Shown piece by piece: positions 28,976 through 38,036 of a DNA stretch of 64,000 nucleotides; position 1 is the first letter of the stretch, and the number at the start of each line of letters is the position of its first letter. A program made the position numbers and the translations under genes. The notes under the pieces are model-generated. The model searched no databases. It was given only the letters and a program-made list of their open reading frames with translations, and had not been told where the DNA came from. The DNA comes from Mycobacterium sp. (GTDB taxonomy: Bacteria > Actinomycetota > Actinomycetes > Mycobacteriales > Mycobacteriaceae): positions 54,335 to 118,334 of the forward strand of contig NZ_DASXEP010000175.1 in the NCBI RefSeq assembly GCF_036490025.1. Reading direction: 5' to 3'.

Positions 28976-30301
28976 ATGACTTCTGCGGCCGCAGGACCGT
29001 CTGGGCTCACACCCGAGCAGATCAGCGCGATCGACGCGGCCCACCTGTGGCACCCGTACAGCACGATCGGTGCCGAAGCAGCGCCCCCGGTGGTCGCGGT
29101 CGGTGCCCGCGGCGCCTGGCTCACACTGGTCCGCGACGGTCACCGGGTCCAGGCGCTCGACGCGATGAGCTCCTGGTGGACGGCTGTCCACGGCCACGGC
29201 CACCCGGTGCTGGACGCGGCCCTGACCGGCCAGCTGGCCACCATGAACCACGTCATGTTCGGTGGACTCACCCACGAGCCCGCCGCCCGGCTGGCGCAGC
29301 TGCTGGTGGAGATCACCCCCGAGGGCTTGGAGACGGTGTTCTTCAGCGACTCCGGGTCGGTGTCGGTGGAGGTCGCGGTGAAGATGGCGCTGCAGTACTG
29401 GCGCGGCCGAGACCGGCCCGCCAAGCGACGGCTGATGACCTGGCGTGGGGGATACCACGGCGACACCTTCACACCGATGAGCATCTGCGACGCCGACGGC
29501 GGCATGCACGCCTTGTGGTCCGACGTGCTGGCAGATCAGGTTTTCGCCGCACAGGTTCCCCGCGATTACGACCCGGCCTACAGCGCGGCGTTCGAGGCGC
29601 AGCTGGCCGCGCACGCCGCCGAACTGGCGGCCGTGGTCGTCGAGCCGGTGGTGCAGGGTGCCGGCGGGATGCGGTTTCACGACCCGCGTTACCTGACCGA
29701 CTTACGGGAGATCTGCCGCCGGCACGACGTGCTGTTGGTCTTCGACGAGATCGCCACCGGGTTCGGCCGCACCGGCGAGTTGTTCGCCGCCGACCATGCC
29801 GGCGTCAGCCCCGACATCATGTGCGTCGGCAAGGCCCTGACCGGCGGCTACCTCAGCCTGGCCGCCACGTTGTGCACCACCGACGTCGCGCACACGATCA
29901 GCTCCGGTGCGGCCGGCGCGCTGATGCACGGGCCCACCTTCATGGCCAACCCGCTGGCCTGCGCGGTCTCGGTAGCCGCCGTGGAGTTGCTGCTCGGCCA
30001 GGATTGGCGCTCGACGGTCGCCCAGATAGGCGCCGGGTTGACCGCTGGACTCGAGCCGGCGCGGGCATTACCGGGAGTAACCGACGTCCGCGTGTGCGGT
30101 GCCATCGGCGTCATCGAATGCGCCCGGCCCGTGGACCTGACCATCGCCACGCCGGCCGCCCTGGACCGCGGGGTGTGGCTGCGGCCATTCCGCAATCTGG
30201 TGTACGCCATGCCGCCGTTCATCTGCACACCCGACGAGATCGCGCAGGTCACCTCCGCGATGGTCGAGGTGGCTCGGCTCACCGGCTCTCGTAGGCTCTA
30301 G
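28976..30301 (+). CDS. bioA: Adenosylmethionine-8-amino-7-oxononanoate aminotransferase
   Basis: In-frame ATG at 28976 ([11 protein letters not shown]). Motifs [22 protein letters not shown] and PLP-Lys [10 protein letters not shown]. The upstream part of the ORF-track frame is antisense to the neighbouring gene. Confidence 0.93.
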   Translation: MTSAAAGPSGLTPEQISAIDAAHLWHPYSTIGAEAAPPVVAVGARGAWLTLVRDGHRVQALDAMSSWWTAVHGHGHPVLDAALTGQLATMNHVMFGGLTHEPAARLAQLLVEITPEGLETVFFSDSGSVSVEVAVKMALQYWRGRDRPAKRRLMTWRGGYHGDTFTPMSICDADGGMHALWSDVLADQVFAAQVPRDYDPAYSAAFEAQLAAHAAELAAVVVEPVVQGAGGMRFHDPRYLTDLREICRRHDVLLVFDEIATGFGRTGELFAADHAGVSPDIMCVGKALTGGYLSLAATLCTTDVAHTISSGAAGALMHGPTFMANPLACAVSVAAVELLLGQDWRSTVAQIGAGLTAGLEPARALPGVTDVRVCGAIGVIECARPVDLTIATPAALDRGVWLRPFRNLVYAMPPFICTPDEIAQVTSAMVEVARLTGSRRL

Positions 30302-30304
30302 GCG

Positions 30305-31453
30305 ATGACGCAGATCGATACGTCGCCGCTGGCGTGGCTGGAGGCGCATGCCGAGGCGCGCCGCCAGGCCGGGCTGCGACGAGAGTTGCGCCCGCGACCC
30401 GCAGTGGCGACCGAGCTCGACCTGGCGTCCAACGACTACCTGGGCCTGTCGCAGCATCCCGACGTCATCGAAGGCGGCGTGGATGCGCTGCGCACCTGGG
30501 GCGCGGGTGCGACCGGTTCGCGGCTGGTCACCGGCAACACCTCGCTGCACGAGGAGCTCGAGTCCAGCCTTGCCGAATTTGTCGGCGCCGCAGCAGGTTT
30601 GGTGTTCTCCTCCGGGTACACCGCCAACCAGGGCGCGGTGGTCGGATTGTCCGGCCCGGGTTCGCTGCTGGTGTCGGATGCCTACTCACACGCCTCGCTG
30701 GTCGATGCGTGCCGGCTGTCGCGGGCGCGGGTGGTGGTGACCCCACACCGCGACATCGACGCGGTCGACGCGGCGCTGGCCTCACGCGATGAGGATCGCG
30801 CCGTCGTCATCACCGAGTCGGTGTTTTCCGCCGACGGCGCGCTGGCTCCGGTACGACAGCTGCACGAGGTGTGCCGCAGGCACCGGGCGCTGCTCATCGT
30901 CGACGAGGCCCACGGACTGGGGGTCCGTGGCGCCGGCGGTCGCGGGTTGCTGCATGAGCTGGGCTCGGCGGGCGCGCCCGATGTGGTGATGACCACGACG
31001 TTGTCCAAGGCGCTGGGCAGCCAGGGTGGCGCGGTGCTGGGTTCGGTGGCGGTGCGGGACCACCTCATCGATGCCGCTCGGCCGTTCATCTTCGACACCG
31101 GTCTGGCGCCCGCGGCGGCCGGTGCCGCGCTGGCGGCACTACGGGTTTTGAGCACCGAGCCGTGGCGGCCCCAGGCGGTGCTGCGGCATGCGGGCACGCT
31201 GGCCGAGATTTGTGACGTCGCGCAGATTCCGCAGTCCGCCGTGGTGTCGGTGATCCTCGGCGAGCCCGAGGTGGCGCTGGCCGCCGCGGCGGCCTGCCTG
31301 GAGGCCGGGGTCCGGGTTGGCTGCTTCCGGCCGCCGACGGTGCCCGCCGGCACGTCTCGACTGCGGCTGACCGCACGTGCGTCGCTGGATCACGACGATC
31401 TCGGGCTGGCCCACGCGGTGCTGACCGACGTGCTGGCCGCGGCACGGCGTTGA
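30305..31453 (+). CDS. bioF: 8-amino-7-oxononanoate synthase
   Basis: 382 aa with [17 protein letters not shown] and [11 protein letters not shown] (PLP Lys). Confidence 0.93.
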   Translation: MTQIDTSPLAWLEAHAEARRQAGLRRELRPRPAVATELDLASNDYLGLSQHPDVIEGGVDALRTWGAGATGSRLVTGNTSLHEELESSLAEFVGAAAGLVFSSGYTANQGAVVGLSGPGSLLVSDAYSHASLVDACRLSRARVVVTPHRDIDAVDAALASRDEDRAVVITESVFSADGALAPVRQLHEVCRRHRALLIVDEAHGLGVRGAGGRGLLHELGSAGAPDVVMTTTLSKALGSQGGAVLGSVAVRDHLIDAARPFIFDTGLAPAAAGAALAALRVLSTEPWRPQAVLRHAGTLAEICDVAQIPQSAVVSVILGEPEVALAAAAACLEAGVRVGCFRPPTVPAGTSRLRLTARASLDHDDLGLAHAVLTDVLAAARR

Positions 31454-32130
31454 CCGTTCTGGTCGTCACCGGGACGGGGACCGGGGTCGGTAAGACCATC
31501 ACCACCGCGGCCCTGACGGCTGCCGCGCGTAACGCGGGCGTCGACGTCGCCGTCTGCAAGCCGGTGCAGACCGGCACCGATGCCGGCGACGACGACCTCG
31601 CCGAGGTGACCCGGCTGACCGGGCTGACCAAAGTGGTCGGGCTCGCGCGCTACCCGCAGCCATTGGCGCCGCTGGCGGCGGCGGAGCAGACCGGGCGGTC
31701 GTTGCCCAGTCGCAGCAACGTGCTCAAACTCATCCGCGCGGTCGACCATCCGGGACAGCTGACCCTGGTCGAGGGTGCCGGCGGCTTGCTGGTCGAACTC
31801 GCCGACGGCGGCGTCACCGTGCGGGATCTCGCCGCGGAGCTGGGGGCAGCAGCGCTGGTGGTCGCCACCGCGGACCTCGGCACTCTCAACCACACCGCGC
31901 TGACGGTGGAATCGCTTGCAGCACATAACGTTTCCTGTGCAGGGCTGGTGATCGGCAACTGGCCGCTGCAGCCGGGGGTGGTGGAGGCATCCAACAGGTC
32001 CGCGCTGGTGCGTCTGGCTCCGCTGCGCGCTGCGTTGCCGGCCGGTGCCGGATCGATGAGCCCCGGCGAGTTCGCGGCGATGAGCGCGCACGCGTTCGAC
32101 CGGGCCTGGGTGACCAGTCTGCTCAGCTGA
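31450..32130 (+). CDS. bioD: Dethiobiotin synthetase
   Basis: 226 aa. P-loop [15 protein letters not shown] start/stop overlap with bioF. Confidence 0.93.
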   Translation: MTVLVVTGTGTGVGKTITTAALTAAARNAGVDVAVCKPVQTGTDAGDDDLAEVTRLTGLTKVVGLARYPQPLAPLAAAEQTGRSLPSRSNVLKLIRAVDHPGQLTLVEGAGGLLVELADGGVTVRDLAAELGAAALVVATADLGTLNHTALTVESLAAHNVSCAGLVIGNWPLQPGVVEASNRSALVRLAPLRAALPAGAGSMSPGEFAAMSAHAFDRAWVTSLLS

Positions 32131-32639
32131 TGGTGCACTCCATCGAGCTGCTCTTCGATTCCGACACTGAGGCGGCGTTGCGTCGCATCTGGGATGACCT
32201 GGCCGCCGCGCATCTGTCGAGCCGCGTTCCGGCGGGCCGCCCGCACGTGACGGTGGCGGTGGCGCAACGGATCGAGCCCGATGTCGACGCACTGCTGCGG
32301 CCGATCGCGCAGCGACTGCCGCTGGCGTGCACGGTCGGGGCGCCGCTGCTGTTCGGCCAATCCAATGCCGTCCTGGCCCGGCTTGTCGTGCCGACGGCTG
32401 AACTGCTCGCACTGCACGCCGAGGTGCATCGGATATGCGGCCCGTACCTGTTTCCCGGCCCGTTGCCGAACAGCCTGCCCGGTCAGTGGACGGCGCACGT
32501 CACGCTGGCCCGCCGAGTTGAGGGCGCCCCACTCGGGCCGATCCTGCGTGCAGCGGGTCAACCGTCGGAGCTTCGCGGCAACCTCGCGGGTCTGCGGCGG
32601 TGGGACGGCACCGAACGCGTCGAGCACCGGATCCGTTGA
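32130..32639 (+). CDS. 2H-phosphoesterase (LigT/2'-5' RNA ligase-like) family protein (Rv1571-like)
   Basis: 169 aa with two H-x-T motifs (PHVTV, AHVTL). The ATG overlaps the bioD stop (TGATG). Confidence 0.6.
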   Translation: MVHSIELLFDSDTEAALRRIWDDLAAAHLSSRVPAGRPHVTVAVAQRIEPDVDALLRPIAQRLPLACTVGAPLLFGQSNAVLARLVVPTAELLALHAEVHRICGPYLFPGPLPNSLPGQWTAHVTLARRVEGAPLGPILRAAGQPSELRGNLAGLRRWDGTERVEHRIR

Positions 32640-33827
32640 CTACCGACCGCTGCTACCGGGGCTTGCGCCACCGCCAGCGGTGTAGGATGCCTTGCCGGTG
32701 CCGGCCAATGCTCCGCCGGCCACGATCAGGTACTCGTCGCGGATAGGTTTGTCGGCGAAGAAGTCTTCGAGGATCTCCCGGGTACCCGCGGCGTAGCGGG
32801 CCTGCGCCGACAGCGTCGTGCCGGAGATGTGCGGCGTCATGGCGTTGTTCGGCATGGTGCGCCACGGGTGGTCCACCTGAGGCGGCTGCGGGTACCACAC
32901 GTCGCCGGCGTAACCGGCCAGCTGGCCGCTCTTGAGCGCCGCCACGACCGCGTCGCGCACGCAGATCTCGGCGCGGGCGGTGTTCACGATGTAGGAGCCG
33001 CGCCGCATGGTTGCCAGCAGCTTTTCGTCGAACAGATGGTAGGTCTGCGGGTGCAGTGGAGCGTGGATGGACACCACGTCGACGGCGCGCACCAGCGACG
33101 CGGCATCGGGGTGGTAGGTGACGCCCAGTTCCTGTTCGAGGTTCTCCGGAAGTCGCCGCGTGTCGGTGTAATGCAGGTTGACATCGAAGGGGGCCATCCG
33201 TCGCAATACGGCGACGCCGATGCGTCCGGCCGCGACCACGCCGACGTCCATGCCCTCGACGTCGTAGGCGCGTTCGACGCAGTCGGCGATGTTCCACCCT
33301 CCGTCGGCCGCCCACTGGTGTGAGCGGACGAAATTGCGTACCAGCGCCAGGATCTGCATCACCGCGTGTTCGGCGACGCTGATGCTATTGCAGAAGGTCA
33401 CCTCGGCAACCGTGATTCCGCGCGCGATCGCTGCGTCGAGGTCGACGTGGTCCGAACCGATCCCGGCGGTGAGAGCCAGCTTGAGATTCTTCGCTTTGGC
33501 GATCCGCTCGGCGGTCAAATATGCCGGCCAAAATGGTTGGGAGATCGCGACATCGGCGTCGGGCAGCTCCCGCTCGAACTCCGAATCCGGGCCGTCCTTG
33601 TCCGATGTGACGACCAGTTGATGGCCACCGTCTTCGAGGAATTGCCGCAACCCCAGGGCACCGGACACACAGCCCACCAGCTCACCGGGAGTGAAATCGA
33701 TCGCCGATGGGGTCGGCACGGTCTGTCCGTCGGGATAACCATCGATCGTCGGGATGCTGTCGCGCGCATAGCCCGGGGGATAGCCGGTGACCGGGTCCGG
33801 ATAGAGAACAAGCAGTACTTTGGCCAT
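32640..33827 (-). CDS. fdh: NAD-dependent formate dehydrogenase
   Basis: Begins MAKVLLVLYPDP. Also AGIGSDHVD, VAAGRIGVAV (Rossmann), WYPQPPQVDHPWRTMP and a C-terminal IVAGGALAGTG tail, all characteristic of the Pseudomonas 101 / M. vaccae-type FDH. AAGGAG lies 6 nt upstream of the ATG. Confidence 0.9.
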   Translation of the reverse strand: MAKVLLVLYPDPVTGYPPGYARDSIPTIDGYPDGQTVPTPSAIDFTPGELVGCVSGALGLRQFLEDGGHQLVVTSDKDGPDSEFERELPDADVAISQPFWPAYLTAERIAKAKNLKLALTAGIGSDHVDLDAAIARGITVAEVTFCNSISVAEHAVMQILALVRNFVRSHQWAADGGWNIADCVERAYDVEGMDVGVVAAGRIGVAVLRRMAPFDVNLHYTDTRRLPENLEQELGVTYHPDAASLVRAVDVVSIHAPLHPQTYHLFDEKLLATMRRGSYIVNTARAEICVRDAVVAALKSGQLAGYAGDVWYPQPPQVDHPWRTMPNNAMTPHISGTTLSAQARYAAGTREILEDFFADKPIRDEYLIVAGGALAGTGKASYTAGGGASPGSSGR

Positions 33828-33953
33828 CACAATCTCCTTTTCTCGACGTGCCCAGCGGCTCCCCGGGGCCGATGCTCGCCCGACGGGATTCTCTCAGCCT
33901 TCACCACCCCGATCGCGAAAGGCCCGGCAGGGTCCGTTGGCCCGGAATGACGG

Positions 33954-35309
33954 CTAGGCGCTGAAAAGTAAGTACAACCCGGTGAACGTGTAGCTGACCA
34001 TCACCAGCATCATGGTGAGCTGGCCGGTGAGTTGGTGGCCCGTGGGCAACAGCCTCAGCGCCTTGTCGTGCGCGGCGATCACCGCGACAATGTGCCCGGT
34101 GACCACGGACGTCACCTTGATGACTGCCAGCACCGTGGGGTGCAACGACAGCAGATAGGTGACGTGTAAATGCCCCAGCCCGAGTAGATTCCAGTTCCGG
34201 CCGAGGGGATCGGCCAGGGCGAACAGCGCCTGCTGCCCGCGCTCGACCAGATACGACAGGTAGTGCGCGAAGATGTAGCCAACCACGATGGGGATCAGCG
34301 AGTGCGCCAGCTGCCCGGGTAACGCGCGACGCTGCTCACGGTCGACCCCGCCCGCCGCACGGGCGGCCAGCGAAAAGGTCGTCGCCACCACCGCGACGAA
34401 AAACAGCAACCCGAGCGTGCGCAAGGCGCACAACGAAATCGACACGGGCACTGCGTGAATGCCGTGGGCGAGCCGATCGGCGAAGTTGCGCCAGGTTGCC
34501 GACGACGAGAAGCTGTCGAATGCAGTGGAGCCGAACAGCACCGCCAGCACGGCGACCGCGCCCGGCCGAACGGGCAGCGACGGCAGATGATCGAACGGAT
34601 TGCCGATCGCAATTCTGTGCGTCTGAGGATCGCGCCGAAACGGCGAGAGCCGCGAAACCGCCATGCTGTACACGCCGAACGGGTCCGTCCGGGCGAACCA
34701 TCGTTGCCCGCACAGCCATGCGCCGCCCAACAGCACAACGGCGTAAAACAGTAGCCATGTTTTCACCCAACCCAGCGCGGCCGGGTTGGGGCTGGCCAAT
34801 TCCATCCAGACGAAGGCGAACAGCCCCGCCGCAGCCGGCCGATACCCCCAGGACTCCGGGTAGGACAGCCGCGGCCGCGCCAAGGGTTCCGGCGTAAAAT
34901 GTTGCAGCAGAAGGTAAACGGTGCGCACCGGGGAGATGACCCGCCACACGGGTCCGAGGAGCAACGACATCGCCACCAGCCCGACCCACAGCAACACGTA
35001 AAAGACGCCGAGCAGCGCGTTGGCCTGAGTCTGTGGTCCGCACAGCCCGGCCAGCAGCACCCACCCGGTGAAAGCCAACGCCGTGGCGGCGGCGAGCCCG
35101 CGGATAACGCGTGAGTCCACCAGCGTGGTCAACACTGCCGGCAACGGGTGCGCGGGCTTATCCGGATCGAACCGTGGCCGGCGCCAGGCGAAGGCGACCA
35201 GGGCGAAGGTGAACGTCAACGCCCACGCCGCCCCGATCACCGAAAAGGCGTACGGCACGGGAAGATCACTCGACCCGCCAAGGCCGTGCGCCAGGATGAC
35301 CTCAGCCAA
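33954..35309 (-). CDS. Polytopic membrane protein of unknown function
   Basis: 451 aa, TTG start preceded by GAGGAGGAG. About 10-12 hydrophobic helices. C-terminal GHIVAVIAAHD motif. No family recognised. Confidence 0.6.
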   Translation of the reverse strand: MAEVILAHGLGGSSDLPVPYAFSVIGAAWALTFTFALVAFAWRRPRFDPDKPAHPLPAVLTTLVDSRVIRGLAAATALAFTGWVLLAGLCGPQTQANALLGVFYVLLWVGLVAMSLLLGPVWRVISPVRTVYLLLQHFTPEPLARPRLSYPESWGYRPAAAGLFAFVWMELASPNPAALGWVKTWLLFYAVVLLGGAWLCGQRWFARTDPFGVYSMAVSRLSPFRRDPQTHRIAIGNPFDHLPSLPVRPGAVAVLAVLFGSTAFDSFSSSATWRNFADRLAHGIHAVPVSISLCALRTLGLLFFVAVVATTFSLAARAAGGVDREQRRALPGQLAHSLIPIVVGYIFAHYLSYLVERGQQALFALADPLGRNWNLLGLGHLHVTYLLSLHPTVLAVIKVTSVVTGHIVAVIAAHDKALRLLPTGHQLTGQLTMMLVMVSYTFTGLYLLFSA

Positions 35310-35310
35310 T

Positions 35311-35331
35311 GGCGCCGCTCCTCCTCATCGC
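35311..35331. repeat. Copy 1 of an exact 21-bp repeat, GGCGCCGCTCCTCCTCATCGC
   Basis: Identical 21-mer read at 35311-35331 and 37699-37719. The flanking bases differ on both sides. Confidence 0.9.
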
Positions 35332-35360
35332 TGCGTTCTGCATTGTCGCCGGCGCGTCGG

Positions 35361-35735
35361 TCACGGATGCACGTGGATCGTCGCGACGGTGCGGTCGAGA
35401 TGATGCAGCTCGACGTCGACACTGCCCGGAACGTCAACGCTGAACTGGAACGTCTGGTTGGCTGCGGCGGCCACCTCGAACTTGTGGTCAGGCACCGAAT
35501 GCACATGCAACTCGTCGGTGACGTCGCTGGTGACATGCAGCGTGATGGGCTGGCGAACCGTTGCCTGCAATGTCGCGTTGGCCGGCGTGACCTGCCCGTG
35601 CGCGATGGTGATGTCGACCGTCAGGCCGCCGCTGCTGGCGGTTTTCGGCGCGCTGTCACACCCGGCCGCGACGACAAACAGCGCCGAAACCGCGACGGGG
35701 ACAATCGCTTTGCGAATTCCCGGCAAGGCGCTCAC
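35361..35735 (-). CDS. Lipoprotein with cupredoxin-like (EfeO-N-terminal-type) domain
   Basis: The GTG at 35735 overlaps the upstream stop (GTGA). Signal peptide with lipobox VAAGC. The mature part has a beta-strand pattern and His cluster (ELHVHSVPDH, VELHHLD) resembling cupredoxin_1-type domains. The ORF-track start at 35888 was rejected. Confidence 0.55.
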   Translation of the reverse strand: MSALPGIRKAIVPVAVSALFVVAAGCDSAPKTASSGGLTVDITIAHGQVTPANATLQATVRQPITLHVTSDVTDELHVHSVPDHKFEVAAAANQTFQFSVDVPGSVDVELHHLDRTVATIHVHP

Positions 35736-37588
35736 GCTGCCCGCGGAGGCGCGTGCTGTACGGCCTCTTCTCCGGGCTCGTTCGGTGCGTGCTCCGAATT
35801 GCTGATCCGTCCGGCACCCCATGTCAGCGCGGTGACCACGCACAGCGTGAAGAACAACACCACTATTCCGCCCGCAGTGAACAGCCACGCGGGAACGCCC
35901 GGATCGCGCTCGCGCTGCAGGATTGAGACCTCGAAGGCGAACGGCCGGGTGCCGTTGGTCAACGCCGGAATCTCCGGCACCGGGATGGCGGAATCGGCCG
36001 GCGCCCAGATCGGCACCGCGGCCAGATCCCGGCCGTCGTGGACGCGCAGCAGTGTCTTCCAGTCACCCGAAACCGGGATCGGCTCGGTGGACACGTAATG
36101 GCCGGGCCCGACTTTCTGCAGCCGGTTGATCACTAGTCCGCGGTGGTTTTGCATTTTGCCCTGCCAAGCCAAGATCGTGACCCAGTCCGGGTGTTCGCCG
36201 GCCATGGTGGGCGGGTTGAGCTGGACGTCAGCCGACGCCAGACGCGGTCCGGGTGGACTGGGCAGGTCGGTCAGCTTGATGGTCGCGGTGTCCTGCTTGG
36301 GGACGTGGATGTGCAGACCGTTGGCGACAGTGCCGCCGATGACGAGAACGGTCAGGGCCACCGCGGTGATGCCGAACGCGCGGCTCGGCAGCCGCTGGCT
36401 GGTCAACACCATCCCGAACAACGCCGCGCACACTCCGGCCAAAATCGCCACCGGCACCGCCGTCGGCAGCGCCTCCCGCCACAGGTCGATCGGCCATGGG
36501 TAGTGGTAGACCGCGCCGATCCACAGCGACTCGAGCCACAAACCCACTGTGCCGATGCCAAGTCCGGACACGGCGCCGAACAGGATTGGGCGACGGAAAA
36601 GCGGTGTCAGGGCAACCAACTCGACGACCAGGGCCGGACCCAGGTACAGCGGGAACCAGTTGATCGGGGCACCCAGGATCGGCCCGACGATCAAGGCGAC
36701 AGCTCCGCGTAGCGCGATCGCGAACAGTGCCGCGATGATCGCGGCGCCTTTGCCGAGGGTCATCCGGGCGACGATGGTTCCGATGGCAGCGGCCGCGGCG
36801 ATCAATAATGGCTGGAAGACCAGTCGGAATTGCGGGACGCCGAAGTCGAATTCGATCTGATAAACCGACATACCGATCAGCAGGCCGCCGGCGGACAAAT
36901 AGCGGAGGAATTTGATGAACGGCCTGTCATGGCGTTCGAGCGCTTCGTCAGCGGGTGTTTCTTCAATTTTGCGCGCGCCCTCGTACTCCAGCAGCAGGAC
37001 CGCGAACAGGGAGAAGTTGGCGCCGCCGATCATCATCAGATGAGTCGGACCCCACAGCGTGACGTCCTGGCCGAAGATGCGGTGCCAGATGTCGTCGAGC
37101 GGGAAGCCGAGCATCGCGTAGAGGCCGCATCCGGCCATCAGTATCCCGCCGACCGGGGCGTACCAGTTGCGGGTGATGCGTACCGCGGCCGGACCCGGCT
37201 TGTCGAACGGCAGCACCACCGAGATCATCCCCGCCAGGAAGATTCCGAACAGGCCGATGATGATGAAGTAGTGGGCCGGGTTCGCCAGCGGACCGGGGTC
37301 GCGGCCGTTGCCGATATGCCAGCTGACGTCCCAGATGAAACCGAACAGGGCGCAGATGATGGACGTCGTGAAAACGAGAATGGTCAGCGCGACCCAGGAC
37401 GGCCGGTGGAACTTGTTTCCCAGCCGCTCGGCGATCGTGTTGAACCAGGTGATCCGGTGCGTGCGGTGGGCCCAGCCGACATAGAGCATGACCGCGCCGA
37501 TGATCATCGCGGCGAACGACAGACCAATTATCTGGTTGAGGCCGGCACCGCGCGCCGGCGGCTCCGCTGCAAGAAGTGTCGGAATCAC
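35732..37588 (-). CDS. Large polytopic membrane protein with extracytoplasmic C-terminal domain, unknown function
   Basis: The ORF-track frame starts at TTG 37639. The GTG at 37588 has GGAGG 7 nt upstream and gives 618 aa. Conserved-looking loops WHIGNGRDPGPLANPAHY and DDIWHRIFGQDVTLWGPTHLMMIGG. About 170 aa of soluble domain precede a final TM helix. Confidence 0.6.
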   Translation of the reverse strand: MIPTLLAAEPPARGAGLNQIIGLSFAAMIIGAVMLYVGWAHRTHRITWFNTIAERLGNKFHRPSWVALTILVFTTSIICALFGFIWDVSWHIGNGRDPGPLANPAHYFIIIGLFGIFLAGMISVVLPFDKPGPAAVRITRNWYAPVGGILMAGCGLYAMLGFPLDDIWHRIFGQDVTLWGPTHLMMIGGANFSLFAVLLLEYEGARKIEETPADEALERHDRPFIKFLRYLSAGGLLIGMSVYQIEFDFGVPQFRLVFQPLLIAAAAAIGTIVARMTLGKGAAIIAALFAIALRGAVALIVGPILGAPINWFPLYLGPALVVELVALTPLFRRPILFGAVSGLGIGTVGLWLESLWIGAVYHYPWPIDLWREALPTAVPVAILAGVCAALFGMVLTSQRLPSRAFGITAVALTVLVIGGTVANGLHIHVPKQDTATIKLTDLPSPPGPRLASADVQLNPPTMAGEHPDWVTILAWQGKMQNHRGLVINRLQKVGPGHYVSTEPIPVSGDWKTLLRVHDGRDLAAVPIWAPADSAIPVPEIPALTNGTRPFAFEVSILQRERDPGVPAWLFTAGGIVVLFFTLCVVTALTWGAGRISNSEHAPNEPGEEAVQHAPPRAA

Positions 37589-37693
37589 CGTGCTACCTCC
37601 CACCACGCCGCGCCGTCCGGACGTCTCCCGGGGCACCAACTGACTTCACGGTAGGTAGCCTGCGGGTCGTCCGCTCAAACTTCGCGGTATTAG

Positions 37694-37840
37694 CTAGCGG
37701 CGCCGCTCCTCCTCATCGCGGCGCCGGTCTTTGATCGCGACGTACAACACCACGGCGACGACGATCACCGCCGGCAAGAAGGCGGGGCCGGCCAGCAAGA
37801 GCCAATGGTGGCCCAGGTATTCGACGTGTGGACTATTCAA
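37694..37840 (-). CDS. Possible 48-aa single-pass membrane peptide
   Basis: Below the ORF-track cutoff. TTG start with GGGAG 9 nt upstream. Translation: (M)NSPHVEYLGHHWLLLAGPAFLPAVIVVAVVLYVAIKDRRRDEEERRR. Same strand as, and about 105 nt upstream of, the 618-aa gene. Confidence 0.3.
   Translation of the reverse strand: MNSPHVEYLGHHWLLLAGPAFLPAVIVVAVVLYVAIKDRRRDEEERRR
37699..37719. repeat. Copy 2 of the exact 21-bp repeat
   Basis: Same 21-mer as 35311-35331. Here it encodes the DEEERR tail of the small ORF. Confidence 0.9.
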
Positions 37841-37915
37841 TCGCGGTCACTCCCGGGGCTCTACTACTTACCCCAGTGGAGTACCCGGCATCCGCCGAGC
37901 CGACCACATGACGTT

Positions 37916-37929
37916 TGTGCAGGTGCACA
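37916..37929. promoter_or_regulatory. 14-bp perfect palindrome TGTGCAGGTGCACA in the bioB / membrane-cluster divergent region
   Basis: Read directly from the sequence. It lies 108 bp upstream of the bioB GTG and 76 bp upstream of the small minus-strand ORF. Confidence 0.25.
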
Positions 37930-38036
37930 CCGCTAGCCTAGCCTGGGCACCGTTCGACGCTGGTTGCCGTAAGCCCGGGATCGTCCCGCATCCCGCGGGC
38001 GTGGACGGGACAAAGACAAGAGTTAAGGAGTAGCTG

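Noticed and set aside
32640-37840. Prophage or integrative element remnants in the bioD-bioB gap, the position of phiRv1 in H37Rv.
   Set aside because: No integrase, excisionase, capsid, terminase or primase-like translations. I saw no flanking direct repeats. The content is an FDH plus membrane proteins.
37731-38033. A 100-aa plus-strand ORF upstream of bioB.
   Set aside because: Compositionally odd translation (Thr/Gly/Ser runs). It spans the divergent promoter region and overlaps the more plausible minus-strand TM peptide ORF. No RBS or recognisable motif.
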